64,000 nucleotides of DNA from the human T2T-CHM13v2.0 reference genome, Homo sapiens: NCBI RefSeq assembly GCF_009914755.1, contig NC_060927.1; one strand, given 5' to 3'. The notes beneath the pieces are model-generated. The model was not told the DNA's origin and did not search any database. It saw only the letters and a program-made list of their open reading frames with translations. Position 1 is the stretch's first letter. Each line of letters begins with the position of its first letter. Positions 13,716 to 28,300 of this stretch are shown one piece after another. Position numbers and translations under genes: made by a program.

Positions 13716-14030
13716 ATGTGAAGGAATGCTAGGTGTGGCTGATTAATGCCAATTGTGATGATTGTAAGGCCTAGCTGGCTTGAGGTGGAGAATGCTACAA
13801 TTTTTTTGATATCGTTCTGTGTTAGAGCACAGATTGCTGTAAATAAGGTAGTAATAGCCCCCAGACGTAATGTAAAGGTTTGGATTGATAGGTTATTTTC
13901 TATTAAAGGGTAGAAGTGGATGAGCAGGAAAACTCCTGCCACTATACTGCAGGAGTGGAGTAGGGCTGAGACGGGGGGTTGGGCCTTCTACGGCAGATGG
14001 GAGTCAGGGATGGAGGCCAAATTGAGTGGA
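13716..14030 (-). pseudogene. NUMT: ~315-bp fragment of mitochondrial ND5
   Basis: Translates to ...QFGLHP(TGA=W)[16 protein letters not shown]...[33 protein letters not shown]...[12 protein letters not shown], the ND5 signature; TGA at 14004-14006 sits at a conserved Trp (mitochondrial code); +1 frameshift in the G run near 13973-13978. Confidence 0.95.
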
Positions 14031-14047
14031 CTGTGAAGTAGCACCTA

Positions 14048-14665
<618 letters not shown>

Positions 14666-15728
14666 AAAGATATGTTCATTTTCTTAAGTGTAATTGTTTC
14701 ACAGACAGATATGTTCATTAAGTGTGACTGTTTCACAGGCATATACATATGTCAAAACACATAAAATTGCACAATTTAAATGTGTACTTTATGTTAAAGC
14801 TCAATGAAGCTTTTTAAATAAATACATGGAAAACTATTTCAATATACTAAATGAAATCAAATCAAGTCACGCAAAAACATGTTTAGTACCATCTCTTTTA
14901 TGTAAAAACACAACGTATTGGTTTGTTTATAAATGCATAGTAAAGTGTCTAGAACATTATGTAGTTGTATAGAACATTATGTGGCGAGAATGTCCTGGTG
15001 GGTCAGCTTTGGGATAGAGAGCATATCGATCAGTATTAGCTGGGTTATGCTACAATAACAACCCTAAAATCTCAGTGACGATGTAACAACGTTTTCCTTC
15101 TCACTTATGCTACCTGCTCCACCTGGGCTGTCTCTAGGATGCCCTATTTCTCATAGAAACGGCTTATTTGCCTAGATTTAGTAGCACCTAAGAATTCTGC
15201 TCAAAGCTAGAAAAAATTTACACCTGTAATTTTCTCTTACATGTGTGTGGACACATACACCCCAATTTTTTTACTTCGAAATTTTCTATAACAAACACAT
15301 ATTAATACCATAAGAAATAAGAATTATGCAGAACAAAAGGTCTATGCCAGAAAAACAATGGTCAAACACAAACAGAAAAGTAGGGTGCTATTCTGACCTT
15401 GACTAGTATTTTAAAATTGAAACCTAGTGAGAGAATTGAAACAGAAGCCAAAAGAAAATGTGAAATGCTATGCCTTTAAAACCTTGGTTCTTAACATCGA
15501 TGGCGTTTCTGCTGTTTTTCTATAAATAATAGATTACAAAATGGATGTTTGGCACAGAGTTGCATTTAAAAGAGCATTTTCTAATTCTTGACAATACAAA
15601 AAAATACAAAAAACGATAGATGTTAAGGGCAAGATAAGATGTATTCTTGACAATACAAAAAAACAACTGATAGATGTTAAGGGCAAGAGGAAAAAAACTG
15701 CAGATAAAGTAATACAAGGGAACTGATT

Positions 15729-15749
15729 ACACACACACACACACACACA
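15729..15749. repeat. (AC)n microsatellite
   Basis: Seen directly. Confidence 0.95.
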
Positions 15750-17256
15750 ACCATTATCACCCAGCTAGGCTGCATGCAAAAAACAATGACATATTTTAAG
15801 ATGTCCCATCATAATAATTTAAAATTTTTAAGAACGGTTTGTTCAATAAACTACTTCTACATTCCCATCCATAATAGTACTGCTTTGTAAATCTAATTAC
15901 AACAAATTGTTTTCAACAAATCACCCTGTCAAAAGTTTATTCTGGTATGTTTATAAAAGTAAAAATAGTAATAATCATCATACCATGTATAAAAAGCTAA
16001 TTTATTCAGTCACTGTGCTGGATTTACATAATTGCTAATCCTTAAAACCATCTCAAAAGCAAGATATCTTACACAAATATTTTCTTACTCATAAGAAATT
16101 GATGTTCAGCTGTAAAGTAACTTGTTCAGGCTAACATCCCTAAGAAAAAAAGTGATGCTTTTTTTCACTACAGTATGCCACCTTCTCATTTTTACAATTT
16201 ACTTTCCAAGAGTGCCTAATTATATGGTGTTTTATCATCCATCCCCTTGATAGCAACCTTCCCCCTTCTTGTCAACACCTCAAATTAATTAATCAAACAT
16301 CTACAATTTTCCAGGCAGTGTGCTAGGCTCTGGGGACCCAGAGGTAAGTATGACAGTCTTTACCCCTCAGGAACTCAAATAAAGAGTAGCTAGCACAAGA
16401 AGCAATCTTATAAACAGAGCTGAGGGGGAAACGGGCACCTCGCTCAGATTGGAGGCAGAGACGGAAAGAAGTGGGCAAAGAATGGGAGGGTACTGGTCTG
16501 AGGCACTCACTTGATTGAGCGTGAGGCAAATGAAGAGGGGAGAAGGTACTCCAGGAAGAGGCAACTGCATGAATAAAAGGGAGAAGAAACCTTACAGGAG
16601 ATTCACGAATTTCAAAGAATGTGGTTGAATGTGAAGAGGAGACAAAGCTTCCTCCACTATGAAAATTCACAATTCCTGTAAGACCACCCTGGTCCTCTGC
16701 CGCGTGGCCTCTATCTCACAGCATGCCTCAAACCAACTCAGCACCACAAAAATCTCAACTTTGAGCATCCTTAACTTTATAACCCTTTTGATAGGCCCTC
16801 CCATTGCAGCAGAGCTTCCGGTCTTACCCAGGAAGTCTACACGCCAGACATACTTAAGTTCAGACTTCAGCCAGCTGTGCTTGCCTTTGAGCTAGGCCAC
16901 AGCTGGTTCCTTCTAGACATGGAAATCCTTCCAGACAGACAATAGAAACTTGAACTTACAAACGTTATGCATACCTATTCCAGGGATATCCTCACTGACT
17001 AGAGGTACTGCCCCCATCCCACAAAGTACTTAAGAGTACTCACTCTCTTGCAAAATGTCGACTGTTAAATGCTCCATAACTAGGATTCCTGCTAGTCTTG
17101 GTCACCGTTTAAGACATCCACTTCCCCATGGCTTGTAAGCAGTATTGGAGAAAAAAATCACAATGCTGCAAATTGGTGCCATTGTGTATTCATGGTTACT
17201 CACTTCAGCTGGGCCTGCAGTAGGGTCAACAAAATGTTACCGAAGACATACTCAGA

Positions 17257-17629
<373 letters not shown>

Positions 17630-17841
17630 TTAAAAAAAAAAACATGAACAAAGGCTTTACTGCATTTAGACAGCTTCAGAAGTGATCAATGCCTAGGCAT
17701 ATTCTGAGAAATTACTGAATTTCAAGGCCAAAGAATTCTTGGCAATCTAGGTATAAAAAAATTATGCGGAGGGAAAAGTTCTGTTGGGCTCAAACATCTC
17801 CACAGCAGCAGTGACTGGCAGAAGACAGCGGGGCAGCACAG

Positions 17842-17961
17842 CAGTGGCTCCCTAGTATTAGCGCGCATTAGCAACGTCTGGAGAGCGGGCATAAAGCGCG
17901 GATTTCGGCTCCTCACTCCGCCTACATTCTGCTTCAGTAGGTCTTGGGTAGAACACCACTG
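17842..17961. mobile_element. Internally deleted MER5-like hAT DNA transposon
   Basis: CAGTGG...CCACTG termini; attctgcttcagtaggtcttggg resembles the MER5A core. Confidence 0.55.
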
Positions 17962-18771
17962 ATTCTCCTGTTGGGAGTTATACTTTAGTACTAACCACCT
18001 GAGTTATAAGGGGAAGAAAATGTGACCCCGAAATAACACAGTTGTATCAAGTATTCATTTTTGTGTAAGGCAAGAAAAAAAGTCTCAAATATACAGGGAT
18101 TCAAGGAAGGCAGCGCTCACTAGCCCTATTTGAAAATGAAGTCTGCTCAACCAAAGGACGGTTCCAAATGAAGAACTCGGGAATGAAGCAGCTGTGATCT
18201 CAAAGTCAGTGCTGAATTTACTGCAATATAAAACTGAGCATTAACAGTTGTGGCTACAGAACAACACAAGGGAATGGGACATTCTGCTCCTCACATGTCA
18301 TCCTAGCATCCTCCACGACCAGGGAATGAAAACGGTTATACTTCACATGCATTGCTATGTGCTGGGCATGCGGCTAATAAATATATGCACTGTCTCATTT
18401 ATTCTTCACAACATGAGGCAGGTAATTATGAATCTCCAGCAGAGTGGGTATCTCACCCAAGATCATCTGGTTAATTTGATCAGTTGGTCAGAGCCTTAGA
18501 TATTGATAGTGACATTATTAATACGGGCAAGATTACTATCTTTCATGAGAACCCTTTAAAGCCATTTAATACTCTAGTATTTTCCCACCCCATGTCTGAA
18601 TCAGTAAACTGTGTTCCCTCTGGGGACTTCTTCCTCTACTTTACCCCTAGTAGCAACTGTTATTTATGGTAGTTTTAAGATTTGTTGCTGGTCTCGCTGG
18701 TCTCAAGGAATTCAGGATAGATGTGGAGAAGAGAAAAGCAGAAGATCCTCTATTTTGACCTAGACCCCTAA

Positions 18772-18920
18772 GCTAGTTCTTCTCAAACTTCCATGTGCAT
18801 ACAATTCACGGGAGATCTTGTCAACGAAGCTTCTGATTAGGATCTTGGGTGAAACCTGGGATGGTTTCTAGAGTTTCCAGATGAAGCTAAATGGGCTACA
18901 CTTTTGATTGGTAAAGCCCT
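18772..18920. mobile_element. MER5-like remnant
   Basis: ttctcaaactt...tgtgcatacaattcacgggagatcttgtcaa motif. Confidence 0.5.
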
Positions 18921-19496
18921 AAATCCAAATCCAAACCAGCCTCTCTCTAGAGAGTTGAACGGGATGACAGGAGTGGCTCACGTAGCAAATTAACAAAGAA
19001 GTACTCTGATTAACATACTGTTTCTTTGGAAACTTCACAGGGATGAGGGTTTGAGGAGACGGATGGTGGCTGGCACAACATTCCAACATCTGCGTTGCTG
19101 ACTTTCACAACAGTAATAGCAAAAATATGCCAATTGACTTTAAAAAGTAAAAATCAAAGCGAACCTCTTAAGAGGAAGCATGAAGTGCCTCATTTCTTTA
19201 CCTTTCTTGGTTAAGAAACCAACGGACACTGCTTAATCACTGAAGATGTAAATACATACTACTTAAAATTGTAATAGTGACCACTAGAAGACAGACATAA
19301 AACATGTAATTACAAGTGTAATGTGGATCACAAAGAGGGTGTCCTGGGACATAGAGTGAAGGATCAAAACGCAACTGTTAGGTACCCCTTGCCATTTGCA
19401 AACACAGTACCTGGGATTAGGTTGAACCATTTGAAACTGTCAGTGTTTGGCAGTTTCTGGCTCAGAAAAAGTAATTTCAGATGCTTCAACCCAATT

Positions 19497-19790
19497 CTTT
19501 TTTTTTTTTTCTTTTTTGAGACGGAGTTTCGCTCTCGTTGCCCAGGCTGGGGGGCAATGGCGCGATATCGGCTTACCGCAACCTCCGCCCCCCCAGGTGC
19601 AAGCGATTCTCCTGCCTCAGCCTCCCGAGTAGCTGGGATTACAGGCATGCACCACCATGCCTGGCTAATTTTGTATTTTTAGTAGAGACAGGGTTTCTCC
19701 ATGTTGGTCAGGCTGGTCTCGAACCCCCAACCTAAGGTGATCCACCCGCCTCAGCCTTGGATTATAGGCGTGAGCCACCGCGCCCAGCAG
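19497..19790 (-). mobile_element. AluS (Sp/Sq-like)
   Basis: Reverse Alu; TSD gcttcaacc(c/a)aattcttt on both sides. Confidence 0.92.
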
Positions 19791-20417
19791 GCTTCAACCA
19801 AATTCTTTGTTACAGCACTTAATAAACTACCTTCCGTTGTAGTTACATATCACAAGAACAGAGCCTTTTTCTTGCTCACTACCATATATCCAGTGGCAGA
19901 CACACTTCTTAGAAAACATTACTCAACAAATATTTGCTGAATTAAAAAAAAGAGTACTCAGGATTTTGAAAGGCAAAATGGGTGAAAATAGTCTTAAAAT
20001 TTAAAAAGCCCTACAAAAAAATCCAAATGTCTGCTAATTTAGCAAACAGACCAGGAATCTGGCTTCCAGCAATATTAATATATGCTATTAAAAGTCTGGT
20101 AGTTCCATGAAGTTTATAATTGGATTTAGCCTGTACATTGTGCTCTACAGTAGAAAAATTTTCATCCATGTTTAACAAAATCTTCATCACATCATTAGTA
20201 TTTAGTCATTAAATGCTAAAGAGCATAGGCTTAAAAATTTAGTTGTTTTCTGCTAACCCATAACCCAGATTGTTACTTACAGGTCTAGATTACTCTCTTT
20301 CCTGTACTACACTGAGTAAATATACAAAGCACTCTTCAATCTCCCTTCTACAAATTCTTAAATGGCTCCTTTTGAAATCATACCTTGTTAGTGCCAGAAA
20401 GTGGCTTGGAGGCAAAG

Positions 20418-20717
<300 letters not shown>

Positions 20718-20919
20718 AGGGAGGCGAGTTTTAAAGAATCCTTGAAGTGTGTATTAAACGAGTGTACATCAGAATTGACTGTTCTATTTGTCCTGTAGAT
20801 ATGAATATTTTATTGCTCCATTGTAATAGTAAACGGTGAAAAAGTAAATTTACATTATAGGGGGCTAAATCTTGGTGTACAATAAAATCTTACCATTAGG
20901 AATAAAAATGTTTGGTAAT

Positions 20920-21135
20920 ATACAGTGTGCTTTATATAACCAGGCACCATTCTCTAAGGGCTTCAGATATATTAACTTTGTAATCTTCACAACCCATCAA
21001 TGAGAAAAGTAACTATCATTATCCCCATTTTACAGACAAGGAAACCAAGACAGCAACTCCTTAGGCCAAGCAGCTGGTCTGGATTCATCCCAGGTAGTCA
21101 GTCAGGCAGAATTCATGCTCTTTAAACCATACAGT
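20920..21135 (-). mobile_element. MIR
   Basis: attatccccattttacagacaaggaaac MIR core. Confidence 0.75.
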
Positions 21136-22304
21136 ATATTCTACATCTACAGTATAGGGAAGTACTTGAATGTACTTAAGTGGATGGGACAATGGTCCCT
21201 GATGGTTTCTGTGAAAAAGTGAGTTTCTGAATTCAATGATTATGATCTCTTTTGTATTTTTTTTAAAGTAGGTATTGAAAATGCTTAGAAGGACATATGT
21301 CAAGTTGTTAACAGTGGATACCACTAAGGACTTGGTTGGGAGTTTGAAAATGAACATTTATTATTTATACCTTGTATTTAAATTTCTTTAACCAGCATGT
21401 GCTCTACAATAAATATACCACATGCTAGTGACAACCACCTCCCACATTATGACACAAAACCAAACAAGCATATGAAAAGCAGCACACATACCTTGTGCTA
21501 CCATATTGGTCAATGGGTAGGACAAGGCATAAAAGATTCCAACGCACATTCCAAGTTAACCAACACTGTTTAAGAAGTAGAATGAACTTACCGCTAATTG
21601 ACTCTTATCAGACTTCATTTACTTCAACACCAGATCTGTCCAACTTCAGTTTATTCCCACACACTAAAATATTTCAACCATTTCAGGTGGAAATATTAAA
21701 ATCCATATTACATAGCTAATTTTTATGTCATATTAAACTTAACTTGAATTATTTGATGACTCTAGGCCATCCCAAATGGCAGCTCTTCATTCTGCTAGGA
21801 GTTTTAGCTATTCCTCCCTCTCTATGGGGAGCACTGTTCCTCATGGACCCAGGTTGGAAAATCAGATAATTGATCTGGTCCAGCAAGTGTACGTAAATTA
21901 AACCAATAAAAGCTTAGGGAAAAGGTCTTGTCTTGGCAGTGTGTAGATTCTTCAAAATCCCCTATATTGAATGTGAGAGATCCTGGAAGCTGATCCTGTT
22001 TTTAAATGTCTGATTTCAGACTGTGAAGTTCAATGTGACTAGATTTTTTAATGCAAGTCTATTTGAGGTGCTCAGGCAGTGCTTGTTTTCTCCACAGGAG
22101 CCCGGCCCAGTGGCAATCCAACCTATGCTTTACGGCTTTCTGACAGCACAACATCTCTTAAGGCAGCTCGTTCTGACATTAGATTAGTATGTCAGAAAGT
22201 TTGTTTTTTTTTTTTTTAAATAAGACTGTGATATCTTTTTCGGTATAGATTCCACCCCATTGGTCTTAGTTCTTAAAATATAAATTGTCTGCCCAATGGA
22301 TCAT

Positions 22305-22371
22305 ACAAACCCAACAACCAAGAAACATTAGTAATTGTCTTCTGTACTTTACTAAACACTTTGTGTTTAAT
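22305..22371 (-). terminator. Distal poly(A) site: ATTAAA (22366-22371), AGTAAA (22348-22353) and GU-rich downstream element
   Basis: mRNA strand reads TGTTTCTTGGTTGTTGGGTTTGT at 22305-22327, a typical CstF-64 element. Confidence 0.6.
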
Positions 22372-25300
22372 ATATTTTAAATTGTAAAGAAATTACAAGG
22401 AACTCCTAAAAAAATTTAATACAAAAATATTACAAGTTAGGACAATTAAGCATTAAGATGACATTTAAGAAGCATGCAGAAAAAGTAGCATAGGGTTAAC
22501 ATTTCATTGATGACAAAGCACTTTGGTACAGCAGAGAAAAGCACCATAAAACTACCATCTAAAGTGTCTTTTCCTCCACTGTATTTTTTCAAATGAATAT
22601 ATTGGTAAAACAGTAAACTTTGATCTGATCTGCTACGGATTATACTAGGTAATAAATCTAATCCATTGTAAAGTGTTAACTATGAAATTAAAAATAATCC
22701 CTTCTATTACTGTTCAAATTAGTTTCAGCTTTCCCTCAAGCTTATAAGGATTCTAATCCTTAGGAGTCCAACCCTTTTTGGAAAAGTATACAATGCAGGA
22801 TATTACTAATAATCTATGCCATGCAATAAAAGTTAACCCCTTGAAAATGAAAGCATGTCAGTTCTAGCAACTGCAGTGGCTTATTTCTAATAAAACATAA
22901 AACTATGCTTGAATTTATTTCTGTTTAAGGAAATAAACAGGAAAAATAGAAGACCTAGAGAGTGTAAATTCTTAAAAAAAAAAAAAAGAAAATATGCTCA
23001 ATGATTCTTTTTAAAAAGTCTCTAACTCTAAAGGAGTTGGTATTAATTAAAACTAGAAGGTGTCTAGTTGTTTTTCTTATAAAGTTTGTAGTAACAACTA
23101 GCTAAGAGAGAAAATGATTCAACTATAATTGGCTTGTTGTGAAGCAAAAAAAGGTCACCGAGAAGTTGAGCCTCCTGCCCTAATCTTCAACACATCTACA
23201 CATTGTTTTGTGCTCAACCGTGTGGCTAACCAAACAAATGTTATCTAAGGTCTCTTTTTCAGCTTCTGTGAAATAACGTCTTTTAAATACAATATTTATT
23301 TTTCAAAAGAATTAAAAATTACAATCCCTTAGCTGATTAGATGCTCTATTATACTTTAATAAAAATAGTAAATAACCCCTTCATTTAAAAAAATCTTATC
23401 TCCTGCAAGAAGTAATAAAAATAGTAAAATTTGTAATTTTATTATGGGCTTAAAGTATATATCTTGGGAAACAATACGTTTATGAAAAACAGTGGTTTGG
23501 GTTCTGATGGCAGTTATTAATCAGTAACACCAGTATGGGAGAGAATGAATGTGTTATAGGTTATGAAGGCTAACTTGGAAAAAAAGGTTTATTCTACAAT
23601 AGAACACTGGAGAAGTAAAAGCAATTAAAATGTAAACAAACTGTAAACAAGAAATACCATCCCTCTCTCTTTACCTGACTAGTAAATAGTCTATATAAAC
23701 TACATAGACATCAAAGGTTTTATATATGTACACAGCCAACATAATATCAAAATATATTTTATTCTGGACCTCTTTCAGATCTGATTCAAATTACAGTTGT
23801 CAAAGCAATACAATGCAAAGGGGAACTGCAACAACAACAACAACAAGAAATGTGCCTAGAAAGGATAAAAGGGTCACTGGGGACAAATCATTGTGATGTG
23901 GAACTAAAATACGTCGTAAGTGTAATTAACATGGTCCAGGACAGCACAGAACATCTACATCAGTCTTCCTTACACAATAATCATGAAAACTGAACAATGA
24001 AGTTCTTTAACATGTACAAAAACCTGTCATGGGCTGGTTTACACTTTTACAACAGTTTTAAAGTTAACTGGATAACTAAAGAAATGATGCAGACATTTTA
24101 ATCCAGTGCTATAGGTAGGCTCACAGAATTAGACCCAAAGGATTTGTAAAAACAAAAATGGAAACAGTATAGCTACAATGTCAAAGTCAGGAAAGAAGAA
24201 AATTTACTTCCGTATTCAAGGATTACAGAGCTACAAATGCAGTCTGTGTGTTTTTGTTTGTAATGAGATGGATAAGTACATCAGACTAGATACAACATGC
24301 AGAATGTTTTCCTGAACTTATCCGGAAATTCCAAAGAAAACATCATGAAACAGCTTACAAAAAAAAAAAAAATATATGCCCTAGTTATTCACCCTGCTTC
24401 AACACTGTCAACGTAAAGGCAGAAATAAAGCAAGCTATCAATACCTCAGAACTACTGATATAAGACATCAAATTTCTAAATCAGTGTATTAAAAAAGTGA
24501 ACACTTCCTCTTTCTTCTCTCTTCTACATTTAACTAGAATCATGTTTAAAAAAAACTGATATTAAATGTGACACTTCAGAGCTACTACTGGAAGGAGTAA
24601 TTCATAACTTCCCTACCCTCCTTCCATCCCTGCTGATTCAGGAGAAGGGGGAAAAAACAAAGAAAACAAAACGAAAAACCAACCAGGGTCTCTTGTAGAT
24701 TTGCTGCTATTCCACAAAATGTTGGCATTTGCTGCCATGCCACAATGTTGGTCCACTGAAATAGGATTTCTGCGGAAACTGTCAACAGTAGTAATTCACC
24801 ATATGCAAGTACCATCCTTATCATGCGAGAATAATCACAGGTTCTGTAGAAATGTACAATGTACTTAAGATAATGAAAATTGTAGCGCTGCATTTGAGAT
24901 TTATTTCTCTACTTAGCTAGTAAAACTTGTCATTTTTGCTCACTTAAGTATGATCATTTGTGATTCCTTTAAATAGCAAAAATGCACAGTCCTCTTTAGG
25001 CCTCTACTCAATAATAGTTTACATTACTCTTAACAAAATCATTCTACATAAACAGATAGCTCCTTAAAAATAGTACTCTCTCATTAAATCTAATTTGACA
25101 GAAAGAAGTTTAAGGGAAAAAGGAGTGCTTTGTAAGTGAAAAAGTACAAATCTTTGGCCTTTCTCTTGACATTTTCGTATGTCAAAAAGCAAAAAACCTT
25201 CATGTATTTCAATCTAGTGATTACTTTTTGCACCATAATTTGTTTTTTACACCACAAAAGGAGGCACTTTCAGTATCTGTAAAAGGTATTTAATCCTAAA

Positions 25301-28300
25301 ACATACTTACCTAGAGAATAATTAAAACAGAATTCAATACAATCTAGTATCTATTAGGAAATTAAGAGTTATCACTTCTAAAAGTCATTTGAAAGTCAAT
25401 GATGTTATCTGGTCAATGGCAGGAAATGGGAACTGGAACAAATATAAGAACTTATGGGATTTCCTACACGGAGACAAAAAAAGATATTCCTTTATGTTGT
25501 TTAAAAGTGGCAGCTGCTCTTTCTTTATTCCATTTTAATCAATGAGTATTGATTCAAGTTTTCCTTTCTATTTTTCCTTATGATAAGTTTCTTACAGTAG
25601 CTTATACAACAACAAATAGCATAGAAAAACTACTGGATTCAATTGATCATCAGGAATAAGTTCTCAGAAAAACACAGGCGGAAAAATAAGCAAGAATCCC
25701 AAATACAGAACTTTACAAGCTGTGAAACTTGGTCTCTTGCAATCATGTTACTGCTCAAATTAGAGACAATCTTATTGCTGTCTATTGGAGCAGCATCGTG
25801 GCACATCAGCAGGCAATGATGATGTTGAGAACAGCAGCAAAAATAAACAATCGTATGCTCATGAAGAACCCAAGCCTACAAAATGGATACCTTTCAGAAA
25901 AGTATATACTTAAAAGACCCAAGACGTCAGGATAATAAAGCTCTGTATTTATAATCTTTTATATGTCCTATTGTGGCTATTATGCTTAAGTAAAATAGCT
26001 AAAGAAAAAAAAGAAAAAAAAAACAGAAAAGATGACAATATCATAAAAATGTAGCTGTCTATTTTGGCAGCTATATTGCAGAATTTCTTGACTATCTTTT
26101 AATCAGCTGGGAAAAAGTCAATAACTGTATGCAAATGAATAAACTGTCCATATCAAAATACAAAAGTACTATCAATAATCACCTCTGACTTTCAGATTTA
26201 AATTCAGTGCAATTGACAAATGCATCACTAAAGGAAAATGCAGCTTAAAAGATACTCAAAACATTTGTGTCTATTCCTGGGAGCACATTTTAAAATTATT
26301 GCACAGATTTTTTTAATTTTTATTTATTTTTTTTAAACAATAACAGAGGTCAACCACAGATGTGGACCTCCAGCAATAAAAGCAGGAATTCAAGTGCCAG
26401 ATACTCAGCATATTAGGTTTCCTACGTAAGTCACAGGGTAATATGTTCTAAATATCTCTAATGTGATCCAAAACCCTAAAAAGAGCTGGCACAAAACCAT
26501 CGTGAATGACTGCCTCTCTTGATGTAAATTTTTAAAAATATTATTACAGTATCATAGTCCCCACTAACAACAACTGGGGTACATATAACAATGTATTGTG
26601 AAATTAAGTGTATTTATTCTCTTTACCAATAGCAAATGCTACCCTACCTTAGTAAAACCAAGACTTGCTTCAATCAATGCTGTTTTGTAAAAATAGCAAA
26701 GCAACGAATGCTGAAATCAATCAAAGCTGCATTACTTGGGTTAAATCAGTTTCTACTTAGAACACAGGTTAAAATTTTAGTACTAAAAGGCCTCAAAATA
26801 ATTAGTGACAGAAATAGTGTTATTAATTTGCTAAGCTCAACAATAAGCAATTCCTTAATTAAAATCTTCGAGATATAAATTTGATGACTATTCTCTTCAG
26901 AAATGACATACCTGGATTATGTTAATCATGACAAGCCTTATTAGTCACACATATAAACATGGCCTCATGCAATCATTTGTCTGTATATGTTACTCTAAGT
27001 TGCATGAGCACAAGGTTTAATATCTATATCTTTAAGAAAATACTTGATATTATAAACAGAGTAAAAGACATGATATAGTAGTGATTACTAAAAAAAAAAA
27101 AATTAGCAGCTTAAATCTATCTATATTTGAAAAAACGTAGTCACAAGTACCACAAATGCAGAATCAGAGCAGCAGGAAGAAGGTTAGTGCAATTATACTT
27201 TCATTAAAAAAAATTCTGAATCACTGCTATTTAAAAACACCTTGAAGCAAGTCTTTTGTTTGAGATTGTTTTTTAAACTAAGGTAGCAAACATTTTGCCA
27301 TGTAATGGCAGTGTTATATGCCGTTATCTTGCTTTGTATAAAGAAAACAACATGAGAGATTTTTAATACTGGAGTTTGGTTACATTACATATTTAAGCTT
27401 CTACACAGAATGATGGACACTTCGAGAAGCTAATCCTTATCCAGAAACATTTTAATCTCTTAAAAAACAAAGCAAAACAAACAAACAACAAAAAACCCAA
27501 AACTACGTTGCTCCTTTTCACAATAGTGCACATTTTTACCATAATTTAGTTATGGCTACAAAACATCAGAAGATTTTTTTTAATGTATCTTCTCTATGGT
27601 AATTAAAAAAAAAGTTGTGCCCTTCTAGTCTTTAATTGGCAGAAATATGTCCCAAAAAAGAAACTATTGCATTTAAGCCACATCACCAAAAAACAAAAAA
27701 GAAAAAAAAAAAAAAAAAGCAAAACAAAAAAACAAAACCAACAGAGCATAATACCCTTTTACTGATGTGTCTTACAGATTGACATGACCAAAGTCATAGG
27801 TTTTCATTTAATTTCCAATTCCCCCTTCCACAACATGCACCAACTGAATATATGCTCTGGGAGCCATAAAATGTACCAAACATCTACCTCTTCAAAAGAA
27901 TGCATTAAAATATTTTAAAGAATTTTTTGTTTAAAAGGTGAAAAAAATATAAACAAGAAACTGATTCACTCCCTTACTTCATGCATCCATAATCTAAACC
28001 AAAAACGAAATTTTAAAGCAAGAACAAACTACTGCTGCAAGTTTTTGTAAGTCCATTTTCTCTGTACATACAAACTGCTCACTACTGAAGGGAAAAAAAG
28101 AATATAATCCATGGTGTCTGCTGATTCAAAGGGGAGAAACAAGGCTGTCATTTAGTATCCAAAAACTGGTACATGTATGTTCTGCTTTTATAATGTATAT
28201 TTTTCTCTCTTCTGTTTTTCATATCCAAAACTTCTAAATGCTATTTTAGGGGCACAGCAGATTAGATTCCAGCACTTGGTGAACAGAATTCACAAGCTGT

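Noticed and set aside
13649-13942. 97-aa ND5-like ORF as a nuclear-encoded protein
   Set aside because: Starts at GTG, has an upstream frameshift and mitochondrial-code TGA, and runs out into L1 sequence; pseudogenic NUMT
15584-15688. Repeat-spacer-like pattern as a CRISPR array
   Set aside because: Only two imperfect copies in eukaryotic DNA; ordinary tandem duplication
22171-22197. Hairpin ttctgacat-N9-atgtcagaa downstream of the distal poly(A) site
   Set aside because: A 9-bp stem is expected by chance in 64 kb; no ncRNA hallmarks
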